This document shows positions 41,067 to 51,755 of a stretch of 64,000 nt of DNA, piece by piece. A program made the translations under genes and the position numbers. Every line of letters starts with the position of its first letter. The stretch's first letter is position 1. The stretch is from an uncultured Armatimonadetes bacterium. GTDB lineage: Bacteria > Armatimonadota > Hebobacteria > Hebobacterales > Hebobacteraceae. The stretch is from NCBI GenBank assembly GCA_963716175.1, contig OY970296.1, forward strand, positions 4,496,931 to 4,560,930. Direction: 5' to 3'. A model generated the notes under the pieces. It worked only from the letters and a program-made list of their open reading frames with translations, did no database searches and was not told where the DNA came from.

Positions 41067-41447
41067 TCACGAGGGCACCTCGGGCTCTGAGATCCGAGAG
41101 ACTGTGAAGGTATAACCGACAAGGTCCCACTTGCGTACCACGCCCCCATCGCGCTCGAGGTCGGAGATAACGCGCGCTATCTCCTCCCTCGGCAGGGCGA
41201 GGTTATCGGCAATCTCAGCTTGCTTCAAAGGCCTTCCTGCTTGCGCGAGCATCGCCATGATCTGGCACTCGAGTTCCTCGCGCGTCAGAGGGGTTGCTTG
41301 GGCGGTGACAGAGGTGTTCCTGTGCGCTCTTGTCAGCAGCCAGATGACAAGGGCTACCAACGCAAGGCCGACTACGAGCAACAACGGCAGTATCCAGTCC
41401 GGGTCACTGCCTTGGACAGCATGGCCGAAACGCCCAAAGTGTCTCAT
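41067..41447 (-). CDS. Single-TM protein with C-terminal winged-HTH domain
   Basis: TM WILPLLLVVGLALVALVIWLL; LKQAEIADNLALPREEIARVISDLERDG; AGGAGG RBS. Confidence 0.7.
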   Translation of the reverse strand: MRHFGRFGHAVQGSDPDWILPLLLVVGLALVALVIWLLTRAHRNTSVTAQATPLTREELECQIMAMLAQAGRPLKQAEIADNLALPREEIARVISDLERDGGVVRKWDLVGYTFTVSRISEPEVPS

Positions 41448-41489
41448 GAACGCACCTCCTGCCGGTCCTCGCCTTGTCAGCGATTCCCG

Positions 41490-42707
41490 TCAGGCAATTC
41501 GTAATGCAACAATCGGATCAAGCGTGGCGGCCTTGCGCGCCGGATACACCCCAAACCCCAGACCGAGCAACGCCGAGAACACGACTGCCGCCAGGGCGAC
41601 TCCCCACGGGATCAGCATGGGCCAGCCTGTCGCGACGGAGGTGATCTTGGCCGCGGTGATGCCCAGCGCGACCCCGCCAACGCCTCCCGTGGCGCTGAGC
41701 AGCCCCGTCTCGATCAGGAACTGCAGCAGGATGTCGCGTCGGCGGGCCCCGACCGCACGTCGCAACCCGATCTCCCGCGTCCGCTCCCGCACCGCGATGA
41801 GCGTCATGGCGAGAATACCGATCCCACCCACCAGCAACGAGATGCCGCCGATGCTTCCGAGAAGCAAGGTGAAGGTGTCGGACACCGCGGCCTGGGTCTC
41901 CAGGAGGGCCGACTGGTTCTGGATGACGAAATCATCCTCGGCGCCGGGGCGAAGGCGGTGTCTCTCTCGCAACACCTCCGCGATAGTCACGGCGGCTGTT
42001 TCCATGGCGGCGCTGTCGTCTACGCTGACGTAGATGGTGCTGAGGTGGGAGACGTTGAACAGCCGGCGCAGCGCGGTGCGTAACGGAACAATGATCTGGT
42101 CGTCTTGATCTTGGCCAGCGATGTCCAGCCCCTTCGCCTGCAACACACCGATCACGAGAAAGGGCACGTTGGCGATGCGAATGGTTTCCCCGATGGGGTC
42201 CCGGCCCGCGAACAGATTGAGCATCGCCGTCTGGCCGAGCACGGCCACCCGGGCGGAACTGCGCACCTGATCATCATCGAAAAACTCACCGGTGATGGGG
42301 AGCGAGTTGCGGACCACCTGGAACTCCGGAGTGGTGCCTACGACCGTGGTCGTCGTGCTCATCTCCTCGAACTTCACGGAGAGCTTCTTGCTTTGTGCGG
42401 GAGCGAGGGAGACGACGTGCGGCACTTCCTCGGCAATGGCGCGGGCATCCCTTTCGGTAAGCGTAATCGCCGTTGCGCCGGCTGCGCGCCCGGCCTGGAA
42501 TCTGAGCTGACCGGCGCTCACCGTCAGCAGGTTTACGCCCATGCTCTCGACCTTGCGCAACACCTCGGCGCGGGTGCCCTGACCGATCGCCACCATCGCG
42601 ACGACCGCGGCCACGCCCACCACGATGCCGAGCAGCATCAACCCGGTACGGAGCTTGTGGGCGCCCAGCGCGCGCAGCGCGGTGCGCAGGCCGAGGCGAT
42701 ATCGCAT
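41490..42707 (-). CDS. MacB/FtsX-family ABC permease 3
   Basis: LLVGGIGI, ERTREIGLRRAVGA, QFLIE, YPARKAA. Confidence 0.92.
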   Translation of the reverse strand: MRYRLGLRTALRALGAHKLRTGLMLLGIVVGVAAVVAMVAIGQGTRAEVLRKVESMGVNLLTVSAGQLRFQAGRAAGATAITLTERDARAIAEEVPHVVSLAPAQSKKLSVKFEEMSTTTTVVGTTPEFQVVRNSLPITGEFFDDDQVRSSARVAVLGQTAMLNLFAGRDPIGETIRIANVPFLVIGVLQAKGLDIAGQDQDDQIIVPLRTALRRLFNVSHLSTIYVSVDDSAAMETAAVTIAEVLRERHRLRPGAEDDFVIQNQSALLETQAAVSDTFTLLLGSIGGISLLVGGIGILAMTLIAVRERTREIGLRRAVGARRRDILLQFLIETGLLSATGGVGGVALGITAAKITSVATGWPMLIPWGVALAAVVFSALLGLGFGVYPARKAATLDPIVALRIA

Positions 42708-42709
42708 GT

Positions 42710-43954
42710 TCACTCCGTCCGCAGCGCGTCCACCGGGTGCAGCCGGGCGGCTCGCCGCGCCGGATGGACGCCGAAAACTACCCCAACGATGATCGAAAAG
42801 ATCAGTGCCACGGCCACCGCCTGCCAGGAGATCTGTATTGGGGTGTGCTTCAGCGCGCGCAACGCCACTGCGCCGACCACCCCGCACAGGACACCCACCA
42901 GGCCGCCGGCCAGCGTTACCGCCACCGCCTCCGCCAGGAACTGCGCGAGGATGTCCCTGTGGCGCGCGCCGACCGCCCGGCGTAGGCCGATCTCGCGGGT
43001 GCGCTCACCCACCGACACCAGCATGATGTTCATGATCACCAGCCCGCCCACGAGCAGCGCGATTGCCGCTACGATCTCCAGAAAGAGCGTGAGCGTCTTG
43101 GTGGTGCCAGAGAACACCTCCATCATTACCTCCGGCGTGCGCACCCCGAAGTCATTCTGCTTGGGGGGGACGATGTGGTGGCGCTCCCGCAGCAGCGCAG
43201 TGATGGCCGTCGCCGTCTCTCGCGTCCGACGGGGGTCCTCTATCTGCACCACGATGTTGCTCAGGTAGGTCACCTGGTAGAGGCGATGTGCGAAGGTGGT
43301 GATCGGCATCATCACCCGATCATCGAGATCGCGGCCGGCGGGATTCGCCCCCTTCGCCACGAGCACGCCTTTCACTTTGAAGGTGACGTTGTCTACCCGG
43401 ATAGTCGCCCCTGTCGGGTCCTCCTCGCCGAAGAGCTCGCGTGCGAGCGTGTTACCGAGAAGCGCCACGCGGGCCGTGCCGCGGACATCCTCGTCGGAGA
43501 GGAACTCCCCGCTTTCCACATCCCAGTCACGGTACTCTCGGAACTCGGGGGTGATGCCCCATGCCTCCGACACCGCCGTCCGCTCGCGGAACTGCACTAC
43601 CACATCGCTCTTGAGCAGGCCGGGGGATGCCTTGCGCACATTCGGCACTTCAGTCTCGATGGCCCGCATGTCCTCGTACGTCAGGGTCTGACTGCCGGTG
43701 CCGACTCCCATGCCCATGTGCGGGCCCGCGTCCTTACCTCCAGCGCTGGCGGTCACCATGATCGGATTGGCGCTCCAGAGCTTGCCCAGGCGCGCCGACA
43801 CCTGGGCGTTCGATCCTTGCCCGACCGCAACAATGACAGTGAGCGCGGCCACCCCGATGGTCACCCCCAACATCATCAGCAGGGTGCGCGTCTTGCTGGC
43901 TGCCAGCGACCGCTTTGCCTCTTTGGCGATCAGACTCAGTCGCATCTCGTCCAC
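42710..43954 (-). CDS. MacB/FtsX-family ABC permease 2
   Basis: IMNIMLVSVGERTREIGLRRAVGA. Confidence 0.92.
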   Translation of the reverse strand: MDEMRLSLIAKEAKRSLAASKTRTLLMMLGVTIGVAALTVIVAVGQGSNAQVSARLGKLWSANPIMVTASAGGKDAGPHMGMGVGTGSQTLTYEDMRAIETEVPNVRKASPGLLKSDVVVQFRERTAVSEAWGITPEFREYRDWDVESGEFLSDEDVRGTARVALLGNTLARELFGEEDPTGATIRVDNVTFKVKGVLVAKGANPAGRDLDDRVMMPITTFAHRLYQVTYLSNIVVQIEDPRRTRETATAITALLRERHHIVPPKQNDFGVRTPEVMMEVFSGTTKTLTLFLEIVAAIALLVGGLVIMNIMLVSVGERTREIGLRRAVGARHRDILAQFLAEAVAVTLAGGLVGVLCGVVGAVALRALKHTPIQISWQAVAVALIFSIIVGVVFGVHPARRAARLHPVDALRTE

Positions 43955-43967
43955 CTCCGGTTACCAT

Positions 43968-45191
43968 TCACTCCGTGCGCAACGCCTCGACCGGGTGCAG
44001 ATGGGCCGCCCGTTTCGCCGGATACACGCCGAAGACGATCCCGACGAGAACGGAGAAGACCACTGCCACCGCCACCGCCTGCCAGGAGACCTGCATCGGC
44101 ATGTCCTTGAGCGTACTGAGCGCCGTCGCGCCGGCCACGCCAAGGAGCACGCCCACCAGTCCGCCGGCCAGCGTTACCGCCACCGACTCAGCGAGGAACT
44201 GCCTGAGGATGTCCTTGCGGCGCGCGCCGACCGCCCGGCGTATACCGATCTCGCGGGTGCGCTCGCCCACGGAGACCAGCATGATGTTCATGATCACCAG
44301 GCCGCCTACAAAGAGCGCGATACCGGCCACTACGCCTAGAAAGAGCGACAACGTCTGCGAGGTGCCGGCAGCGAACTGCACGATCGCCTCCGGGGTGCGC
44401 ACGCTGAAATCATCCTGCTTCGGTGGCACGATGTGGTGGCGCTCGCGAAGCAGCGCGGTGATCGCCTCCACCGTGCTATCCATCCGCTCCATGTCATCGG
44501 GCCGGACGATCACCTGGGCGAGGGCGGTGATGCTGTAGAGCCGCCGAGAGAAGGCCGCCAGCGGCACCACCACGCGGTTGTCCAGGTCTCCTCCTCCAGG
44601 GCTTACGCCTTTGCTCACCAGCACCCCCTTGACCCGGAGACTCACCTCTCTGATACGGACGGTCTCCCCTACAGGATCGGCCTCCCCGAACAGCGCCTGG
44701 GCCACCGTCCTGCCCACCAGGTAGACCCGCGCCGCGCCACTCTCGTCCTCAACGCTCAGTTCCTCGCCGCTTTCGACCTCCCAGTTCTGCAAGTCATGCC
44801 AGTTCGGGGTCGCCCCGAAGACCTGTGCGGTGGCGGTTTGTGCACGCGCCGTGATCACTACCCCTGGCATTCGCTGCACCAGGGCAACCTCGCGGACACC
44901 TGGGATCTCTTCGGCAATCGCCTGGGCGTCCTCCGGTGTAAGCGTGGAGGTGGTCACATCTATCTGGCTTCCCCGCTGGATGCCGCCCTCGCCTGCCGAT
45001 ACGACAATCGGGCTGGTGCCGAGCACCTTGGCGACCCGCTGCAGCACCTGGGCCTTGGCTCCCTGCCCCACCGCCACGATGATGGTCAAGGCCGCAATCC
45101 CGATGGCGACCCCAAGCATCATCAGCGCGGCGCGGACCAGGTTCGCAGTGAGGGCGCGACGAGCCTCGCGAAGAACGGTGAAGGGCTTCAT
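43968..45191 (-). CDS. MacB/FtsX-family ABC permease 1
   Basis: IMNIMLVSVGERTREIGIRRAVGA. Confidence 0.92.
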   Translation of the reverse strand: MKPFTVLREARRALTANLVRAALMMLGVAIGIAALTIIVAVGQGAKAQVLQRVAKVLGTSPIVVSAGEGGIQRGSQIDVTTSTLTPEDAQAIAEEIPGVREVALVQRMPGVVITARAQTATAQVFGATPNWHDLQNWEVESGEELSVEDESGAARVYLVGRTVAQALFGEADPVGETVRIREVSLRVKGVLVSKGVSPGGGDLDNRVVVPLAAFSRRLYSITALAQVIVRPDDMERMDSTVEAITALLRERHHIVPPKQDDFSVRTPEAIVQFAAGTSQTLSLFLGVVAGIALFVGGLVIMNIMLVSVGERTREIGIRRAVGARRKDILRQFLAESVAVTLAGGLVGVLLGVAGATALSTLKDMPMQVSWQAVAVAVVFSVLVGIVFGVYPAKRAAHLHPVEALRTE

Positions 45192-45922
45192 GCCGGCGCC
45201 TCCTGAGGAAGCCGCGCGAGCTCCTCGCGCGCCTCTCTGGGCTGCGTCACCGCATCATCGGCCACGATCCGGCCGTCGCGAAGGCTGATGACCCGCCGGG
45301 CATGTTCTGCGATGACCTGTTCATGGGTGACGAGGATGATGGTCCGCCCTTCTCGGTTGAGCTGCTGTACGATGTCCATCACCTCCAGTCCGGAGCGGGT
45401 GTCGAGGGCACCGGTGGGCTCGTCCGCCAGTACCACCGCGGGATCGTTGATCAGCGCCCGGGCGATGGCCACCCGCTGCTGTTGGCCACCCGACAGCTGA
45501 CTGGGCCAGTGATGCGTGCGTTCACGTAGCCCCACCGCCCCCAGCGCCTGCCGCGCCGCCGTGCCGTCCTCGTGCGCCGCTCCGTAGAGCAGGGGGAGCT
45601 CCACGTTCTCCAGCGCCGTCATCCTGGGGAGCAGGTTGTAGGACTGGAAGACGAGCCCGATCTTCTCGTTTCGCACCCGCGACAGGGCATCGTCGTCCAA
45701 TGTCCCCACCTCCTCACCGTCCAGCCGGTATACGCCTCCGGTGGGCGTGTCCAGACAGGCCAGCAAGTTCATGAGGGTAGACTTGCCGGAACCGGAGGGG
45801 CCGATGATGGCGAGGAACTCGCCCGCTGCCACCTCCAGGGAAATGCCGTCCACCGCGCGGACCTGTTGGCCGCCAAGACCATACACCTTGGTGATCTCGG
45901 ACATCTCAATCATCATCTTCAT
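45188..45922 (-). CDS. ABC transporter ATP-binding protein (MacB/LolD type)
   Basis: GPSGSGKST, LSGGQQQRVAIARAL, LADEPTGALD. Confidence 0.95.
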   Translation of the reverse strand: MKMMIEMSEITKVYGLGGQQVRAVDGISLEVAAGEFLAIIGPSGSGKSTLMNLLACLDTPTGGVYRLDGEEVGTLDDDALSRVRNEKIGLVFQSYNLLPRMTALENVELPLLYGAAHEDGTAARQALGAVGLRERTHHWPSQLSGGQQQRVAIARALINDPAVVLADEPTGALDTRSGLEVMDIVQQLNREGRTIILVTHEQVIAEHARRVISLRDGRIVADDAVTQPREAREELARLPQEAPA

Positions 45923-45928
45923 ACCTCT

Positions 45929-47424
45929 CTATCTGCCGATCGCTCCCGGCGGTAGGTTCTGCTGCGTACCGGCCGATTGCCCTGAACTCTGGCCCGGCAC
46001 CTCGCCCACCAGCACCGGCTCCCCCTCCTTCAATCCGGATAGGACCTCCGTATAGTCACTGTCCTTCCAGCCTGTTTTCACCGCGCGCCGTTCCGGTGAG
46101 CCATTCCGCAGCACGTAGACAACCTTCGTCCCATCTTCCCGTTTGATCGCCTTGTTGGGAACGGCGAGCACGTTCTCTCTGGTGGCGACGGCGATGGTGA
46201 CATTGGCGGTCATGTCCGGTCGGAGCAACCCGCGCGGGTTGGCGATGGTGATCACAACATCGTAGTTCACGACGTTCTGATCGATAATCGCCTTCGGGTA
46301 GATGGCCGTGACCGTTCCCGAGAACTCTTCATCGGGGTAGGAATCTACCGTGAACGTGGCGGACTGGCCGACCTTCACCCGGCCGATGTCGGTCTCGTCC
46401 ACCAATGCATCCACCTGCAACCTCGACAGGTCAATGATGGTCACGAACGTCGGCGCGGTAAGGCCGGCGGCGATGGTCTCGCCCTCTTGGGTAGAGACGG
46501 AGGCGATCACACCATCAATGGGCGAGACGATCCGGGTGTATGAAACCTGGGTCTCGGCATAGCGCAGGGCCGCTTCGGCCTGCATCACCTGTGCTCTTGC
46601 CGTCTGTATTGCCTGCTCCTTCACGCGCACTTGGGCGGTGTTCGCCCGCGCCATGCGCAGCGCGGAGTCGGCCTGCCGTACCCCCTCTTCCGCCTGCGCA
46701 ACGTCCTGCTGTTTGATCTGGGTCTGCGAGGCGTTGGCGTTCGCGGCGTCCAGCACCGCTTGCGCATGCCGGACCTGGGCCGCCGCGACGTCATGCTGGG
46801 TGCGCGCATTGTCCACATCCTGCTTGGCTATAAACCCCTGGTCGAACAGATGCTGGACTCGCTCGTAGCTGGACTTCGCGTTCGCCCGATTCGCCTCCGC
46901 TTGCTCCACTGCGGCCCTCGCCTGCTGGATCTGGGCAGTCACCTCGAGCGGCACCGCGCCGACGGTGGTGCGAGCCTGCTCCAGCCGGGAACGCGCGGCC
47001 GTGAGATTCGCCTGGGCGCGCTCAACATCCGTGCTGCTCTGGACGACTTGCGCGCTATATCCTGCCTCCAGTTCGCCAAGCCTGGTCCTCGCTGCGGCCA
47101 GGTTCGCTCTCGCCTGGTCCACTTGGCTGCTGGTTTCCCTATCATCCAGTTCGGCAATGAGCTGGCCCCTATGGACCACACTTCCGATGTTCACCGGAAG
47201 GCTCCTTACCACACCAGAGATGCGGGAGCCGACCTTCACCTCAGCGCCTATGACGGCCTTGATGCTCCCGGTGGCCAGAACCGTGGCGTTCAGGGTGCGT
47301 CGGCTGGCGGACGCCGTGTCCAGGCCTGGTCTCTGCTTCGCTGAAGATAGGCGCCCTTGGAGCAGTAGGCCCAGATGGCCACAGCGACTACGACGATGCT
47401 GAGAACGACGGCCTTGCCTCTCAC
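45929..47424 (-). CDS. Periplasmic adaptor / membrane fusion protein (MacA/HlyD type), frameshift near 47340
   Basis: VGSRISG, long coiled coil, IVSPIDG, LRPDMTA; TM start in another frame from GTG 47424. Confidence 0.88.
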
Positions 47425-47529
47425 TGGCTGCTCCTGGTGACTATCGCGGCCTGATGCCGATACCAGTACTGAGTCTAGCAGCAAGAGTTCACGGAAGTCT
47501 CAACAGGGGGTCAAGAAAGATGCAGAAGA

Positions 47530-49305
47530 TCAGGACTGAGTGCGGGCGAGCGGCAACGTGAATGTGAACGTACTGCCCGCGCCCGGTCGGCTTTCGGCGT
47601 TGACCTGGCCGCCCTGACGCTCGATCAGGCTCTTAACGATGGCCAGCCCCAGCCCAGCGCCGTCCTTATCGGTCTCGCCGGCGCGGTAGAACCGATCCCA
47701 GATCCGCGGCAGATGCTCGGGCGCGATGCCAGCGCCGGTGTCCGTCACGCCGACGACGAGATGGCTGGACTCGGCCCGGGCCCAGACTCTGACCTCCCCT
47801 TGGGGCGGGGTGTGCCGCACCGCGTTCCGAATCAGGTTGAGCAGCGCCTGTTCGGTGTAGGCTTCGTCAGCGAGTGCCAGCGGCAGACCATCTGGCGCGT
47901 CGACGATGATCTCCGGGTGGCTGTCGGCGGGCGGGATGGAGTCAACAGCGCGCTGCAGCAGCGCGGCGAGCGCCAGCGGCCTGGGCTCAAGCCTGGCCTG
48001 ACCTGACTCGATGTGCGATAGGTCAAGCAACTGCTCGATCAGCCGGTTCAGGCGTTTGGAGTCGCGCACGATGGTGGCGAGGTAGCGGCGCCGCGTCTCC
48101 TCGTCGGCCGCGACCTCATCGAGCACGGCCTCCGCGTATCCCTGCATCGCGGTCAGGGGTGATCGCAACTGGTGGGAGGCATCGGCCACGAACTGGCGGC
48201 GCATGCGCTCCACTCGCTGGAGTTCGGTGACGTCCTGAACCACCGCTACCGCCCCAACCGTGCTTCCCTCGACCGCGGTCGGCGAAATGTGCGCCTGGAG
48301 AGCGGCGGTGCCATCGCGGCTCCTGAACTCCACCCTCTGCTCTCGCGCTTCGCTCATAGCTTTCGCGAAGGCCGCTGCCAATGCACTCTCCCCGAGTGAG
48401 CGCCCTGCAAGTTCCGACTCGTTCGGGGCCAGCATCTTCTGCGCCTGCGGGTTAGCCATGATCACCTGCCCGCCGCGATCCACGGCGATCACGCCTTCGC
48501 CCATCGTCGTCACGACGTGGCCCAGCTTGCTTTGCTCCTCGGAGAGTGACTGGATGGTATGATGGAGACTCGAGGAGAGCTGGTTGAGAGCCACCGCCAG
48601 CCGGCCCACCTCGTCGCTTCCTCGCTCCGGCACCCGCGACTCGAAGTCTCCTGCCGCCATCTGTCCCGCGACCCGGCTCATGCGGTCTAGCGGGTCGGCA
48701 ACACTTCGTGCCAGGAGATAGCCCAGCGCCGCGGACAGTGCAATCGCGGCCAGCGCGAGACCGAAAACCAGCAGGCGAGTGTGGACGATGCTGTCCCTCA
48801 GCCCCAGCACTGGCGCATGCATGATGGTGGCGCCGACCACCCTCCCCTTCAGCCTGATCGGTACCGCGGCGAAGAAGGCTGACTCCCGGAAGACCGGGCT
48901 ATAGCCGGTTCGAGTGACGACTTTCCCCTCCATTGCTGCCATGAGGTCGGGGAGCTGCTGCGTGATGGGGCAGGGCAACTGCCCCATCACCTCCTGCGAA
49001 GGACGCCGTCCTATCGAGGCGACCACCTTCGTGTTCCGGTCAATGATCAGTGCGCCGCCGGTCAGGAGCCGCCCGGCCACGTCGAGTGCCTGGCGCGCCC
49101 TGACCTGGTCTCCGCCGCGAACGAACAGCGGGACAGCGAGCTCGCTGATCCTCTCGCCCTGACCGACCAACTCTTGCTGCTTGGCGGCGAAGAAGTAGTC
49201 CTGCAGCAGGCGGCTCAGCAGCAGCCCAAGCAGTCCGAGCGTGCCGATCACGATCAGGACATACAGGCTCATCAGGCGGCCGAAGAGGCTGCGGAACCTA
49301 AACAT
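47530..49305 (-). CDS. Sensor histidine kinase (HAMP-PAS-HisKA-HATPase)
   Basis: DASHQLRSPL H-box, NLIRNA, DTGAGI, GAGLGL. Confidence 0.95.
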   Translation of the reverse strand: MFRFRSLFGRLMSLYVLIVIGTLGLLGLLLSRLLQDYFFAAKQQELVGQGERISELAVPLFVRGGDQVRARQALDVAGRLLTGGALIIDRNTKVVASIGRRPSQEVMGQLPCPITQQLPDLMAAMEGKVVTRTGYSPVFRESAFFAAVPIRLKGRVVGATIMHAPVLGLRDSIVHTRLLVFGLALAAIALSAALGYLLARSVADPLDRMSRVAGQMAAGDFESRVPERGSDEVGRLAVALNQLSSSLHHTIQSLSEEQSKLGHVVTTMGEGVIAVDRGGQVIMANPQAQKMLAPNESELAGRSLGESALAAAFAKAMSEAREQRVEFRSRDGTAALQAHISPTAVEGSTVGAVAVVQDVTELQRVERMRRQFVADASHQLRSPLTAMQGYAEAVLDEVAADEETRRRYLATIVRDSKRLNRLIEQLLDLSHIESGQARLEPRPLALAALLQRAVDSIPPADSHPEIIVDAPDGLPLALADEAYTEQALLNLIRNAVRHTPPQGEVRVWARAESSHLVVGVTDTGAGIAPEHLPRIWDRFYRAGETDKDGAGLGLAIVKSLIERQGGQVNAESRPGAGSTFTFTLPLARTQS

Positions 49306-50005
49306 GGTCGGCCACCTCGAACTTGTACCCCACTCCCCAGACGGTGACGATGTAGCGGGGCCCGCCACCGCCCTCGAGCTTGGCGCGCAGGCGGTTGATG
49401 TGCACGTCCACAGTGTGCAGATCCCCGAAGGCCTCCTCGCCCCACACCGTCTCGTAGAGCTGCTCTCGGCGATAGGCGCGGCCAGGGTTGCTGGCTAACA
49501 GCCATAGCAGATCGAACTCGCGCGGGGTGAGGGAAGCTGGCTCGCCGGCCACCTCCACCTCGCGACCTATTGGGTCGATTCGAAGACCGCGGTAGGTGAG
49601 CACCTTCTGGTCGGCGGAGAGCTTTCCCTCACCCGTGCGTCGCAGCACGGCCTTGATGCGCGCCACCAATTCCCGGGGACTGAATGGCTTCGTGACGTAG
49701 TCGTCCGCCCCCAACTCTAGACCGAGCACCCGGTCCATCTCATCGCCGCGAGAGGTGAGCATCACGATCGGCAAGTGCCGTGTCGCCTCGTCCTCCCTGA
49801 TCCGTCGGCAGACGGCCCAGCCGTCGAGCTTCGGCAGCATGATGTCGAGCACTACGAGATCGGGACGATCCCGCTCCACTCTCTCCAGCGCCGTCCCGCC
49901 ATCAGCCGCGATCACGACCGCAAAGCCTTCTTTCTCCAGGTAGGCCTGAACCAGCTCCACCACTTGCAGGTCATCGTCGGCTATCAGTATCGTGGTCTTC
50001 TTCAT
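49298..50005 (-). CDS. OmpR/PhoB-family response regulator
   Basis: LDIMLP, GADDYVTKPF, VDVHINRLR, TVWGVGY. Confidence 0.95.
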   Translation of the reverse strand: MKKTTILIADDDLQVVELVQAYLEKEGFAVVIAADGGTALERVERDRPDLVVLDIMLPKLDGWAVCRRIREDEATRHLPIVMLTSRGDEMDRVLGLELGADDYVTKPFSPRELVARIKAVLRRTGEGKLSADQKVLTYRGLRIDPIGREVEVAGEPASLTPREFDLLWLLASNPGRAYRREQLYETVWGEEAFGDLHTVDVHINRLRAKLEGGGGPRYIVTVWGVGYKFEVADHV

Positions 50006-50034
50006 GCCGGCTGTGTCGTATTCCGGTGCGCGAA

Positions 50035-50772
50035 TCAGAGAATCCACTTGCGCCTGATGTTGTAGAGGCTCAGGACGAAGAGGCCGATGCAGAAGGCCGC
50101 GAGGAGGGAGAAGTCAAGCAGAGGTGGCAGCACATTCCCATTGTGAACGGACCCATGAAGTATGTCAACGCCATAGGTCAGGGGCAGCGCGTAGGAGAGC
50201 GGGCGCAGGAACGCGGGGAGCTGCGAGATGGGGAAGAACAACCCGCACAGAAAGATCATCGGGAAGCGGAAGAAGTTCGAGAAGGTCTGGGCCTCGAACA
50301 CCTGGCTTACCGAAACCGCAATGAATAGACCCAGAAAGGTCGAAGCCACCGCGATCAGCCCGAATGCCGGGAACACTGCGGCCCAACGCACCTGACTGAG
50401 ATCGGTCAGGAACGCCGCCAGGATGATAGGCACAAAGGCGTTGGCTACCCCGAAGAAGATTGCCCCGCTCGTTTTAGCCAACATCAGCAGTTCTAGAGAG
50501 ATTGGCGCAAGGAGTAACCTGTCGAAGGAGCGATTGCTCTTCTCGAAGGTGATGGTCACTGCCAGCATGGAGGTGGTGCCGAAGAGAATGGAGACCGCGA
50601 CCACGCCCGGGAGCAGGGACAGCACGCTCTCCATGCTCGCGCCGGACCTGATGAAGAACATGCCCGTCCAGGCGACCGGGAAGATCAGCCCCCAACTGAT
50701 GTTGGGCGGCTTGAGATAATACGTCCGCATGTCCTTGGCAACTATGCTCCAGAACGCGATCCAGCGCTTCAT
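50035..50772 (-). CDS. ABC-2 type exporter permease
   Basis: Six TM segments; FDRLLLAP, PMIFLCGLFFP, PLTY. Confidence 0.9.
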   Translation of the reverse strand: MKRWIAFWSIVAKDMRTYYLKPPNISWGLIFPVAWTGMFFIRSGASMESVLSLLPGVVAVSILFGTTSMLAVTITFEKSNRSFDRLLLAPISLELLMLAKTSGAIFFGVANAFVPIILAAFLTDLSQVRWAAVFPAFGLIAVASTFLGLFIAVSVSQVFEAQTFSNFFRFPMIFLCGLFFPISQLPAFLRPLSYALPLTYGVDILHGSVHNGNVLPPLLDFSLLAAFCIGLFVLSLYNIRRKWIL

Positions 50773-51755
50773 CGGCCTCCTCCCGCTTTCTCCTTCTCTT
50801 TGCGCATGGCCTCGGCTTCGAGGCCGGTGACCTGGACGAAGACCTCCTCCAGAGAGGGGCGCAGCTTGCGGGCCTCGCTCACCTCGACGCCGCGATCCTC
50901 CAGAAACCGCACCAGCGGACCGACGCGTATGGGCTGAGACGACTCGACGCGGACCAGTCCGCCGGGCAGAGCTTGGAAGTCGAGTGGATGGAAGGCCGCG
51001 GCGAGTCCCTCGCACAGAGGCGGGCCGCCATCGGACACCGAGAGCAGCATCATGTGTCTGCCCTTGATGGGCTGCATGAGATCGGCCACGGTGTCATTGC
51101 GGACGATGCGCCCAGAGACGAGGAAGGCGATGCGTTCGCACAGGCGCTCGGCCTCTTCGATATAGTGGGTGGTGAGCAGGATCGTCGTACCAGACCGGTG
51201 GAGGTCGGCAATGAGCTGCCTGATCTGTCTGGCGGTGGCCACGTCAATGCCGGTCGTCGGCTCGTCGAGGAAGAGGATACTCGGCTGGTGGATGATGCCA
51301 GCGGCGATGGTAAGCTTCCGCTTCATCCCCTTGGAGTAGCCGCCGAACTTGCGATTGGCCGCGTCAGTCAGGCCGAAGGCGCTCAGGAGCTCGCGGGCGC
51401 GGGTCTCGCGCGCCGCCTTCCGCATGCCGTAGAGTGCGGCGCAGAAGGTGAGGTTATCGAAGCCGGTCAGTTCGGGATACAGATTGCTCTCGTCCGGGAC
51501 TACGCCGGTCAAGTGCTGGGCCGCCTTGGGATTGCTGGTGCAGTCTACTCCACCAATGTGAATCGCTCCCGAGTCCGGCCTGGCGAGCCCTGTCAGGATG
51601 TTGATGGTGGTGGTCTTGCCCGCGCCATTGGGCCCCAGCAGGCCGAAAACCTCGCCCTGTGCGATCGAGAAACTGATTCCATCCACGGCGGTGAGGCTGT
51701 CGTAGCGTTTGGTAAGGTCGCCTACCTCCACCGCCAAAGCTGTGTCAAGTCCCAT
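50769..51755 (-). CDS. ABC exporter ATP-binding protein (DrrA-like)
   Basis: GPNGAGKTT, YSKGMKRK, LDEPTTG, TTHYIEEAE. Confidence 0.93.
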   Translation of the reverse strand: MGLDTALAVEVGDLTKRYDSLTAVDGISFSIAQGEVFGLLGPNGAGKTTTINILTGLARPDSGAIHIGGVDCTSNPKAAQHLTGVVPDESNLYPELTGFDNLTFCAALYGMRKAARETRARELLSAFGLTDAANRKFGGYSKGMKRKLTIAAGIIHQPSILFLDEPTTGIDVATARQIRQLIADLHRSGTTILLTTHYIEEAERLCERIAFLVSGRIVRNDTVADLMQPIKGRHMMLLSVSDGGPPLCEGLAAAFHPLDFQALPGGLVRVESSQPIRVGPLVRFLEDRGVEVSEARKLRPSLEEVFVQVTGLEAEAMRKEKEKAGGGR

